From: Mayamaea pseudoterrestris
Lineage: Eukaryota
Direction: 5' to 3'
Assembly: GCA_027923505.1 (NCBI GenBank)
Contig: BROI01000041.1
Coordinates: forward strand, 57,757-77,756
Length of the DNA stretch: 20,000 nucleotides
In this document: piece by piece, positions 1-9,600 of the stretch
Numbering within the stretch: the stretch's first letter is position 1
How the letters are laid out: each line of letters begins with the position of its first letter
Position numbers and translations under genes: made by a program
The notes under the pieces: generated by a model
What the model saw: the letters and a program-made list of their open reading frames with translations, nothing else
What the model was told of the DNA's origin: nothing
The model's database searches: none

Positions 1-3000
1 TACAAAGTCGCGAGCATTGACTTGGATAAGCATTCAGCGTCGACTGTCGATCGCGGCGCGAGTGGCGGAGTATGGGGAGCGGACGGCCGCATCCTTACCG
101 AGGACAAGTTCCACAAGATTGAAGTCACTGGAGTCGGTGGTCTCAAACTTCCGGACCTGTCTACCGTCACAGCAGTCGCCAAGCTTAAGAGCACCAAGGG
201 TTGGGTCGTCGGCGAGTTCCATAATTACGCATATTCTGGAACCGGCAAGACGATTCATTCGAGTATGCAGATGGAAGCCTTCGGACTTCATGTCAACGAT
301 AAGCATTACAACTTTGGTGGCAAGTTACGAATCGAAACGCCAGATGGATACAAGTTTATGCTCGGAATGGAAAGTGGCATGGCGACCTTGCCAATGTTTC
401 CAGTGTCGGCGCATGAGCTTCACACCTTACCTCGGGTCATGATGACCTTCGATGGGCCTTGGGATCCGAACGAGTTTGACGTCGAGCCGACCGAGGACGA
501 CGACTATGACTCTTCGGATGACGATGACGACGAGGACGACGTACCGGACTTGTTGTCGCGCGACGAAGACGACGAAGACAGTGACGACGAAGAGGGCTTC
601 ACGCGCGTGACACGCTCGCGTACGCGGAATCGCACCCATCGTCAAAGCAACGTGACGTATACGAATCTCGGACACGACAATCAACCTGTTTACACCGAGA
701 AGGAGCTGAATGTTTGTGCCGTCGTACAGAAGTACAATGCGGATCTCGTCTATCAGCCCTACAAGTCTATCCTGCCAAAGAAACCCGATATCGACGCATT
801 GCTGCCGAACTTTGCATGGTACCCGGCGCAGACGATCAAGGATACTTTGCGCCACAGCACGCAGTTCAACATGCACGAGCGCCGATACCCCCCACGAATG
901 CATCGAAAGAGCCGATTCCTGAACGTCTACCGTCTAGATGATCGAGTGGCCCATGACACCATGTTCTTCGACGAACCTGCCATGGATGACCATATCGACG
1001 GACATGCAGGGTGCACATGCGTGCAGCTATTCTATGGTTGTCGCAGTCAGATCATTGTCGTGTATCCCATGCGGACGAAAGGTGACGTACCGAAACGATT
1101 CCGTGATTTCATCCGCGAGTTTGGAGCTCCGTTGGAAGTCTTCTCGGATAATGCGAAAGAAGCGATGAGTGCCGAGTTTGACGAAGTAATGCGCGAGTTC
1201 ATGATTCGCCGTCGTCATACATCGGAGCCGTACTATCAGAATCAAAATCCAGCCGAGCGCATCATCGGGCACGTAAAGGAAAGTCATGAACGACTTATGG
1301 ACCGAACGGGCACTCCGGCATGCTTCTGGCTACGCGCTTTACTCTTTCAGACCGAGATGTACCGTCATTTGTCGCATCCTGCCTTGGACGGCAAGTCTCC
1401 CATCGAGTTTATCACTGGGCAAGTCCCCGACGTGTCGAAGTATTTGCATTTTCGTTGGTTTGAAATTGTCAACTACTTTGTCAAGGATGTCGAGGCCCCG
1501 AAGACCCGCCAGCGCGCGGCGTACTGGCTTGGTCCCAACACGACGTGCGGAGACGACCTGACGTACTTCATCTGCGATTGCGAGACACACGAGATCATGA
1601 CGCGATCGGTTTGCTTACCCCGAAACGACCCAAAATTTTTGAACCTTCGCGTACCGGCACCTGCTTCCCCAGTCATGAAAGAAGGGGAGCCGCGTCTCTA
1701 TACCGTACCTGGTCTAGGTGGCGAGATCCTTATGCCGGAAATGATCAAGAAGATTACCGACGCCGACAGCAGAGACGATGATTCTTTCATTCCTGACGAA
1801 GACGATACCCCTTTGGTCGAGACGGTGGAATACCCGGAAGATGACGATATGACCGACGGGGAGCTAGATCCTAATCCTGCCGATGACGACGACGACAAGC
1901 CGAAGAAGAAGAACATCAATCCGTGGCGCAAACTCCCGAAGTATGCACCCGATGAACTTATCGGCAAGTCGTTTCTCATGAAGACGGACGACGGGCAAGA
2001 AGTTCGAGCGACCGTCATGAGCAAGCTGAACAACCGCGACGCCCAGAACCATCAAAACATTAAAATGATGCTGAAACTTGGTAACGGCGAAGCGGATGAA
2101 GTCATGTCCTATGTCGAGGTTTCCGATCTCTACGAGGCCGAAGTGAACCAAGACATGGCGAATCCTGAGCGTAAATGGTTCTTCAAGGAGATTCTAGACC
2201 ATCAGGGTCCGCTGACGAGCAAGTCGAAGAACTGGAAGCACTCCAAGTGGAACGTCCTTGTACAATGGGACGATGGATCCAAGACTTGGGAGCCTCTCAA
2301 CGCGATGATCGAAAGCGACAAAGTATCAGTGGCAGCCTACGCGCAAAAGCATAATCTTCTCGACAAGGACGGATGGGCATCGTTGAATCGATGGGCCCGG
2401 AACGCCAAGAAGGTTGCGCGCAAGGTGGCGACCGCCCGAATGGAGCAGCAGAAGAACGGACCGCGCTACAAGTTTGGAGTCCAAGTACCCCGAGATTGGA
2501 AGGAAGCGCGGCGTTTGCAGGAAGCTGCAGGGCACACGAAGTGGACGGATGCGGAAGGCGTGGAGCTTGCGAACCTGGACGAGTACGAGACGTTTCAAGA
2601 TCTTGGTCCGAGTTCCACCACAACACCACCAACTGGTTACCAGAAGATCCGAGTCCATTTTGTGTACGATGTCAAGCACGATTTGCGATACAAGGCACGT
2701 CTCGTTGCAGGCGGCCACATGACGAAAGACAACGACGATGCCTACTCCAGTGTTATCTCATTGAAGGCAATGCGTCTAGCTCTCGTCATTGGAGAAGCGA
2801 ACGGCAAGAAGTGCATGGTCGGTGACATTGGGAATGCTTATCTCGAAGCGTTCACCAAGGAGAAGGTATACTTCGTTGGAGGCCCCGAGTTCGGGGAGCG
2901 CGAAGGACACATCCTGGTCATCGTCAAGGCTTTGTACGGATTGCGAACGAGCGGAGCACGATTTCACGAACGCTTAGCCGACGCCCTACTTGCGGAAGGG

Positions 3001-4257
3001 TGGAAGCCGTCCTATTGCGATTCCGATCTGTGGATCAAGGACGCCGGCGACAGCTACGACTACCTCTGTGTATGGGTCGACGATCTGTTGAATATTTCAG
3101 ACGATCCAGCAGCGTTCTTCAAGATGCTAGAGGAGAAGTACAAGTTTAAGCTCAAAGGTGTTGGACATCCCGAGTATCATCTCGGCGGTGACTTTGGACG
3201 AGACCCTGACGGAACTCTTTACTGGTCGGCCAAGACCTACGTTGCGAAACTCTTGGCGCAGTACGAGCGTTTGTTTGAAGGTCCTCCGAAGAAGTATTCA
3301 TCACCAATCGACAAAGACGATCATCCAGAACTTGACCAAAGCGAGCTACTGAACGACCAAGAGAAGAAGATTTACCAGTCTCTAGTCGGAGCACTTCAGT
3401 GGGCGATTACTTTGGGACGATTTGACATTGCCGTTGCAGTTGTGAGTCTGTCGCGATTCCGTGTGGAGCCGCGCAAGGGACACCTGCAGCGGGTGAAGCG
3501 AGTCTGTGGATATTTGCGAGAGTTACCGGACGCAGCAATCCGTTTCCGTACGAAGTGGCCAGCCAACGAGGAGCACTTCGGCACCATGGAGGAACAAGAT
3601 TGGGAGCGCAGCGTTTACGAGAAGGACGGAGTTGATGAGATGTTGGACGTCTACCCACCGCCAAAGGGTGTGACTGTACGAACATCAACTTTCGAGGATG
3701 CGTGTCTCATGCATTGCATGGTGACAGGCAAGTCATTGGAAGGAGTTTTGTCATTTGTCAACCAGACGCCTGTCGACTGGCATTGCAAACTCCAGGCTAC
3801 AGTCGAGACTGCGACCTTCGGATCGGAATTCGGCGTAGCAAAGAGTGGAACGGATATCAGCATTTCTCTACGCGCGTCGCTCATGGCTATGGGCGTACCA
3901 TTGGAGAAGTCTGCCTGGATGTACGGAGACAACCAAGCAGTGATTACGCAATCTACAATCCCGAGTTCGACATTGTCCAAGCGACACAATGCGTTGGCCT
4001 ACCATCGTGTTCGTTGGGCAGTTGCTGCGGGAATTATCAAGTTTGTGAAGATTGACGGAAAGGAGAACATTGCGGACGTACTGACGAAGTACCTGCCGTA
4101 CTGTGATGCGATGCCATTGCTCAAGCCAGTATTGTTTTGGCGCGGCGATACATCGTATGCGATTGTGAAGGACAAGAATGCGGCTACGACGAGCAGCGTA
4201 CCCGAGGGGAGTGACAAGTCGCAGAGCGGCGAAGTCAAGAGCCCGAACCCTAATTAG
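1..4257 (+). CDS. Gag-Pol polyprotein, copy 1, 5'-partial (PR, IN, chromodomain, RT, RNase H)
   Basis: Frame is open from base 1 (YKVASIDLDKH...). Motifs: DRGA 49-60, integrase D955/D1147/E1255, chromodomain-like 2176-2385, WVDD 3073-3084, RNase H FEDA...SEF...GDN...ADVLTK. Stop TAG at 4255-4257 lies inside the LTR. Confidence 0.95.
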   Translation, partial: YKVASIDLDKHSASTVDRGASGGVWGADGRILTEDKFHKIEVTGVGGLKLPDLSTVTAVAKLKSTKGWVVGEFHNYAYSGTGKTIHSSMQMEAFGLHVNDKHYNFGGKLRIETPDGYKFMLGMESGMATLPMFPVSAHELHTLPRVMMTFDGPWDPNEFDVEPTEDDDYDSSDDDDDEDDVPDLLSRDEDDEDSDDEEGFTRVTRSRTRNRTHRQSNVTYTNLGHDNQPVYTEKELNVCAVVQKYNADLVYQPYKSILPKKPDIDALLPNFAWYPAQTIKDTLRHSTQFNMHERRYPPRMHRKSRFLNVYRLDDRVAHDTMFFDEPAMDDHIDGHAGCTCVQLFYGCRSQIIVVYPMRTKGDVPKRFRDFIREFGAPLEVFSDNAKEAMSAEFDEVMREFMIRRRHTSEPYYQNQNPAERIIGHVKESHERLMDRTGTPACFWLRALLFQTEMYRHLSHPALDGKSPIEFITGQVPDVSKYLHFRWFEIVNYFVKDVEAPKTRQRAAYWLGPNTTCGDDLTYFICDCETHEIMTRSVCLPRNDPKFLNLRVPAPASPVMKEGEPRLYTVPGLGGEILMPEMIKKITDADSRDDDSFIPDEDDTPLVETVEYPEDDDMTDGELDPNPADDDDDKPKKKNINPWRKLPKYAPDELIGKSFLMKTDDGQEVRATVMSKLNNRDAQNHQNIKMMLKLGNGEADEVMSYVEVSDLYEAEVNQDMANPERKWFFKEILDHQGPLTSKSKNWKHSKWNVLVQWDDGSKTWEPLNAMIESDKVSVAAYAQKHNLLDKDGWASLNRWARNAKKVARKVATARMEQQKNGPRYKFGVQVPRDWKEARRLQEAAGHTKWTDAEGVELANLDEYETFQDLGPSSTTTPPTGYQKIRVHFVYDVKHDLRYKARLVAGGHMTKDNDDAYSSVISLKAMRLALVIGEANGKKCMVGDIGNAYLEAFTKEKVYFVGGPEFGEREGHILVIVKALYGLRTSGARFHERLADALLAEGWKPSYCDSDLWIKDAGDSYDYLCVWVDDLLNISDDPAAFFKMLEEKYKFKLKGVGHPEYHLGGDFGRDPDGTLYWSAKTYVAKLLAQYERLFEGPPKKYSSPIDKDDHPELDQSELLNDQEKKIYQSLVGALQWAITLGRFDIAVAVVSLSRFRVEPRKGHLQRVKRVCGYLRELPDAAIRFRTKWPANEEHFGTMEEQDWERSVYEKDGVDEMLDVYPPPKGVTVRTSTFEDACLMHCMVTGKSLEGVLSFVNQTPVDWHCKLQATVETATFGSEFGVAKSGTDISISLRASLMAMGVPLEKSAWMYGDNQAVITQSTIPSSTLSKRHNALAYHRVRWAVAAGIIKFVKIDGKENIADVLTKYLPYCDAMPLLKPVLFWRGDTSYAIVKDKNAATTSSVPEGSDKSQSGEVKSPNPN
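4204..4211 (+). other. Polypurine tract (plus-strand primer), copy 1
   Basis: GAGGGGAG immediately 5' of the LTR-initial TG. Confidence 0.85.
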
Positions 4258-4587
4258 CTTGTGTCGAGTCCGCAGCTGTCGTATGTGACATGTGAATGAA
4301 GAAAGTGCGCAACCGTCGTGTGGATGCGTTGTATGAATGGAACGACCAGTTACGACTGATGTAATGTGATTGAAAGAAACGGATTGATCGGATGATCTTC
4401 CGAGTGGTCGATGTAGCGATGTAGCGATAAGCTCACAATATAGAACTACTAGTTTGCGACGAGAGTGCAGTCGTATTCGTGTAGTGGCGAGCGCAAGACT
4501 ATTCGACGAGCCATCTCCATCAAGAGCTGTACAGACCGTGGCCAAGGACCCTGTATCGGAGCTTTTTGGAGGTAAGACGTTGACTGC
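4212..4587 (+). repeat. 3' LTR of copy 1 (376 bp)
   Basis: TGACAAGTCG...CGTTGACTGC, repeated at 4588-4963 and 10896-11271. Boundaries are defined by the differing flanks of the three copies. Confidence 0.95.
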
Positions 4588-4963
4588 TGACAAGTCGCAG
4601 AGCGGCGAAGTCAAGAGCCCGAACCCTAATTAGCTTGTGTCGAGTCCGCAGCTGTCGTATGTGACATGTGAATGAAGAAAGTGCGCAACCGTCGTGTGGA
4701 TGCGTTGTATGAATGGAACGACCAGTTACGACTGATGTAATGTGATTGAAAGAAACGGATTGATCGGATGATCTTCCGAGTGGTCGATGTAGCGATGTAG
4801 CGATAAGCTCACAATATAGAACTACTAGTTTGCGACGAGAGTGCAGTCGTATTCGTGTAGTGGCGAGCGCAAGACTATTCGACGAGCCATCTCCATCAAG
4901 AGCTGTACAGACCGTGGCCAAGGACCCTGTATCGGAGCTTTTTGGAGGTAAGACGTTGACTGC
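4588..4963 (+). repeat. 5' LTR of copy 2 (376 bp)
   Basis: Starts TGACAAG directly after the GACTGC end of the previous LTR. Followed by GAAATCGTC. Confidence 0.95.
4785..4821 (+). promoter_or_regulatory. Possible LTR promoter: (CGATGTAG)x2.5 repeat followed by a TATA-like AATATAGAA
   Basis: The repeat is seen directly. Promoter function is inferred only from its mid-LTR position. Confidence 0.25.
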
Positions 4964-5079
4964 GAAATCGTCAACGGTGTTAGATTAACATTTCAGTGCT
5001 TTGAGAGCGAGAACGAGCGAGGGAGCTATCGTGACACATTCGTCTGCAGCGAGTCCGATTCCTCTGATCAACCTCCACC
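4964..5079 (+). promoter_or_regulatory. 5' leader at the PBS position, with atypical motif and hairpins
   Basis: No TGG after the LTR. Hairpins CGTTGAC-9nt-GTCAACG (4954-4976) and TGTTA-GAT-TAACA (4978-4990). Start context CCACCATG at 5075-5082. Confidence 0.6.
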
Positions 5080-6680
5080 ATGACGACGATTGATGTAACG
5101 ACCTACAAGCGTGCCGTCGGTAAAGTCTTCGATATTCCGTGGCTCGCAGCGTCCGCAGCTTGGGATCCAAACGACCCTACCGCAGTGTGTTTCGAGCAAG
5201 AGGAACTCACGACTGCGGAGGCGATGGCCGAACTGTCGGAACAAGACGTGACGAACATTAAGACCCAGTACCAGTGGTCGACGATACGAACAAGCCGATT
5301 GCGCAAGCTCATGAGTTGGATTCACGAGCAACGTCGGACGACTGCGCAATGGCAAGACTTGGAGAAAGACCAGATTACGAGCCGAGACCTCCCAGTAGCG
5401 CCGGGGTCACCGACAGCAGGCAACCGCAGTTTCGGAGACTTCAGCGTTATCGGAGGCAACGACACCACGACGAAACGACACGACATCAAGCTGGATCTGA
5501 AGACCATGCTGGAGCTCAAGAACGATCGCAAGTTCTGCTCCTACTGGCGGGCCTTCAAGAACCGCATGCGAAGCGAGCGACTTGGCTACTTTTGGGACGA
5601 CGAGTTCAAGGCACCAGCCGCACTCGACCCCGAATTCGCCGAGTATAAGTATCAGTGTTCGAAGCTTTTAGCGGCGCTCGAGTATACCTGCAAGACACCG
5701 CAGAGCAAGCTCATTGTCCGCAAGCACATCGACAGCGCGAATGCCTCAGCGTGCATTGCAGAGTTGGAGGCGACATTCCTCGACGGGATGGCGCGCAAGT
5801 TGGATCTACGTTCGGCCGAAGACGAATGGCGCAATTTCACTCTCGACGCGAGTTACGCCAAGTCTCTCGTCAATTGGCTTATCCAGTGGTCCAGCAAGGA
5901 AGAGAACTACAATGACTACGCCGAGGAAACCGAGCTACTTACAGCAAGCACGAAGCGTCAGATTTTGGAGCGCGCGGTTTTCCGCCATGCGGATATGGCA
6001 TCGGCGGTGAACATGGCGCTGATCGAAGAGTCCAAGACCGGCAACCCGATGACGTACACCCAGTTTTGGAACCTCCTGAACGACGTCGCACGTCAATCTG
6101 ACAATCGTCGTGGCATCAAGGAGACCGAGAAGCGTCAGGCGAACCAATCTGAGCAGACCAAGAAAGAGAAGGAGAAGACGAAGAAGGCAAGCGCGAACAA
6201 TTCCCAGTCTACGCCAAGTAGCAGCAACAATCAGCAATCCAATCAGGGGGGCGGTGGTCGCGGCGACTTGAGCACGGGACGAGGCGGCGGCGGCCGCGGT
6301 CGGGGAGATACTCGTTCGTATGTTCGCAGCTATGCCGACACGAAGACGATCGAAATTCCCAGCGACGTGAATGCGACGATTCCACCAAACACGTGGCGAC
6401 TCCTTACCCGCGATCAGCAACACGAAGTGTTTGAACGCCGTGGTACGAGTCGAGCGGCCAGTGCTGCAGGTGGTTCGACATCAGCAACACAGGCAGGCAC
6501 CACGCAGACGACGAGTACAACACGCAACGCAAACGTCGCAGCCACTTCATCAGCGGCAACGACGGCGAGTGCGGCGACCGAACGTGTGAACAACACCAGC
6601 CGTGGCTCAGCGATGCGAAGTTTCTTAGGTCCAGACCAGCCCACGACTACGACTCGGGGAGCGAATATCGCTCAGAGTCG
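5080..6680 (+). other. Gag region (no CCHC knuckle; RGG-rich segment ~6247-6309)
   Basis: Lies N-terminal to the protease. LEYTCKTPQSKLIVRKH...NASACIAEL resembles copia Gag core. Contains GGGGRGDLSTGRGGGGRGRGD. Confidence 0.75.
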
Positions 6681-9600
6681 CAAGTACAAAGTCGCGAGCA
6701 TTGACTTGGATAAGCATTCAGCGTCGACTGTCGATCGCGGCGCGAGTGGCGGAGTATGGGGAGCGGACGGCCGCATCCTTACCGAGGACAAGTTCCACAA
6801 GATTGAAGTCACTGGAGTCGGTGGTCTCAAACTTCCGGACCTGTCTACCGTCACAGCAGTCGCCAAGCTTAAGAGCACCAAGGGTTGGGTCGTCGGCGAG
6901 TTCCATAATTACGCATATTCTGGAACCGGCAAGACGATTCATTCGAGTATGCAGATGGAAGCCTTCGGACTTCATGTCAACGATAAGCATTACAACTTTG
7001 GTGGCAAGTTACGAATCGAAACGCCAGATGGATACAAGTTTATGCTCGGAATGGAAAGTGGCATGGCGACCTTGCCAATGTTTCCAGTGTCGGCGCATGA
7101 GCTTCACACCTTACCTCGGGTCATGATGACCTTCGATGGGCCTTGGGATCCGAACGAGTTTGACGTCGAGCCGACCGAGGACGACGACTATGACTCTTCG
7201 GATGACGATGACGACGAGGACGACGTACCGGACTTGTTGTCGCGCGACGAAGACGACGAAGACAGTGACGACGAAGAGGGCTTCACGCGCGTGACACGCT
7301 CGCGTACGCGGAATCGCACCCATCGTCAAAGCAACGTGACGTATACGAATCTCGGACACGACAATCAACCTGTTTACACCGAGAAGGAGCTGAATGTTTG
7401 TGCCGTCGTACAGAAGTACAATGCGGATCTCGTCTATCAGCCCTACAAGTCTATCCTGCCAAAGAAACCCGATATCGACGCATTGCTGCCGAACTTTGCA
7501 TGGTACCCGGCGCAGACGATCAAGGATACTTTGCGCCACAGCACGCAGTTCAACATGCACGAGCGCCGATACCCCCCACGAATGCATCGAAAGAGCCGAT
7601 TCCTGAACGTCTACCGTCTAGATGATCGAGTGGCCCATGACACCATGTTCTTCGACGAACCTGCCATGGATGACCATATCGACGGACATGCAGGGTGCAC
7701 ATGCGTGCAGCTATTCTATGGTTGTCGCAGTCAGATCATTGTCGTGTATCCCATGCGGACGAAAGGTGACGTACCGAAACGATTCCGTGATTTCATCCGC
7801 GAGTTTGGAGCTCCGTTGGAAGTCTTCTCGGATAATGCGAAAGAAGCGATGAGTGCCGAGTTTGACGAAGTAATGCGCGAGTTCATGATTCGCCGTCGTC
7901 ATACATCGGAGCCGTACTATCAGAATCAAAATCCAGCCGAGCGCATCATCGGGCACGTAAAGGAAAGTCATGAACGACTTATGGACCGAACGGGCACTCC
8001 GGCATGCTTCTGGCTACGCGCTTTACTCTTTCAGACCGAGATGTACCGTCATTTGTCGCATCCTGCCTTGGACGGCAAGTCTCCCATCGAGTTTATCACT
8101 GGGCAAGTCCCCGACGTGTCGAAGTATTTGCATTTTCGTTGGTTTGAAATTGTCAACTACTTTGTCAAGGATGTCGAGGCCCCGAAGACCCGCCAGCGCG
8201 CGGCGTACTGGCTTGGTCCCAACACGACGTGCGGAGACGACCTGACGTACTTCATCTGCGATTGCGAGACACACGAGATCATGACGCGATCGGTTTGCTT
8301 ACCCCGAAACGACCCAAAATTTTTGAACCTTCGCGTACCGGCACCTGCTTCCCCAGTCATGAAAGAAGGGGAGCCGCGTCTCTATACCGTACCTGGTCTA
8401 GGTGGCGAGATCCTTATGCCGGAAATGATCAAGAAGATTACCGACGCCGACAGCAGAGACGATGATTCTTTCATTCCTGACGAAGACGATACCCCTTTGG
8501 TCGAGACGGTGGAATACCCGGAAGATGACGATATGACCGACGGGGAGCTAGATCCTAATCCTGCCGATGACGACGACGACAAGCCGAAGAAGAAGAACAT
8601 CAATCCGTGGCGCAAACTCCCGAAGTATGCACCCGATGAACTTATCGGCAAGTCGTTTCTCATGAAGACGGACGACGGGCAAGAAGTTCGAGCGACCGTC
8701 ATGAGCAAGCTGAACAACCGCGACGCCCAGAACCATCAAAACATTAAAATGATGCTGAAACTTGGTAACGGCGAAGCGGATGAAGTCATGTCCTATGTCG
8801 AGGTTTCCGATCTCTACGAGGCCGAAGTGAACCAAGACATGGCGAATCCTGAGCGTAAATGGTTCTTCAAGGAGATTCTAGACCATCAGGGTCCGCTGAC
8901 GAGCAAGTCGAAGAACTGGAAGCACTCCAAGTGGAACGTCCTTGTACAATGGGACGATGGATCCAAGACTTGGGAGCCTCTCAACGCGATGATCGAAAGC
9001 GACAAAGTATCAGTGGCAGCCTACGCGCAAAAGCATAATCTTCTCGACAAGGACGGATGGGCATCGTTGAATCGATGGGCCCGGAACGCCAAGAAGGTTG
9101 CGCGCAAGGTGGCGACCGCCCGAATGGAGCAGCAGAAGAACGGACCGCGCTACAAGTTTGGAGTCCAAGTACCCCGAGATTGGAAGGAAGCGCGGCGTTT
9201 GCAGGAAGCTGCAGGGCACACGAAGTGGACGGATGCGGAAGGCGTGGAGCTTGCGAACCTGGACGAGTACGAGACGTTTCAAGATCTTGGTCCGAGTTCC
9301 ACCACAACACCACCAACTGGTTACCAGAAGATCCGAGTCCATTTTGTGTACGATGTCAAGCACGATTTGCGATACAAGGCACGTCTCGTTGCAGGCGGCC
9401 ACATGACGAAAGACAACGACGATGCCTACTCCAGTGTTATCTCATTGAAGGCAATGCGTCTAGCTCTCGTCATTGGAGAAGCGAACGGCAAGAAGTGCAT
9501 GGTCGGTGACATTGGGAATGCTTATCTCGAAGCGTTCACCAAGGAGAAGGTATACTTCGTTGGAGGCCCCGAGTTCGGGGAGCGCGAAGGACACATCCTG

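Larger units (their letters stand above)
1..4587 (+). mobile_element. Ty1/copia LTR retrotransposon, copy 1 (5' part outside window), CoDi-like
   Basis: Matches 6685-11271 at offset 6684. Domain order PR-IN-RT-RH is the copia order. Ends in PPT plus 376-bp LTR. Confidence 0.96.

Noticed and set aside
22..24. TTG start given for the 1411-aa ORF
   Set aside because: The frame is open to the window edge, and copy 2 shows this is an internal Leu.
484..594. GAC/GAT-rich microsatellite-like tract
   Set aside because: It simply encodes the acidic linker of the polyprotein.
3868..4614. 248-aa antisense ORF across RNase H and LTR (225-aa twin at 10552-11229)
   Set aside because: No recognisable domain, non-ATG start, and the length differs only through the LTR junction. 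Probably a shadow ORF.
4730..4970. Hammerhead ribozyme in the LTR/leader
   Set aside because: GAAA is present but there is no CUGANGA core with suitable stems.
4588..4981. Tf1-style self-priming by a distant complementary LTR segment
   Set aside because: The complement of the first leader bases (GATTTC) is not found in the LTR; only the local hairpin exists.
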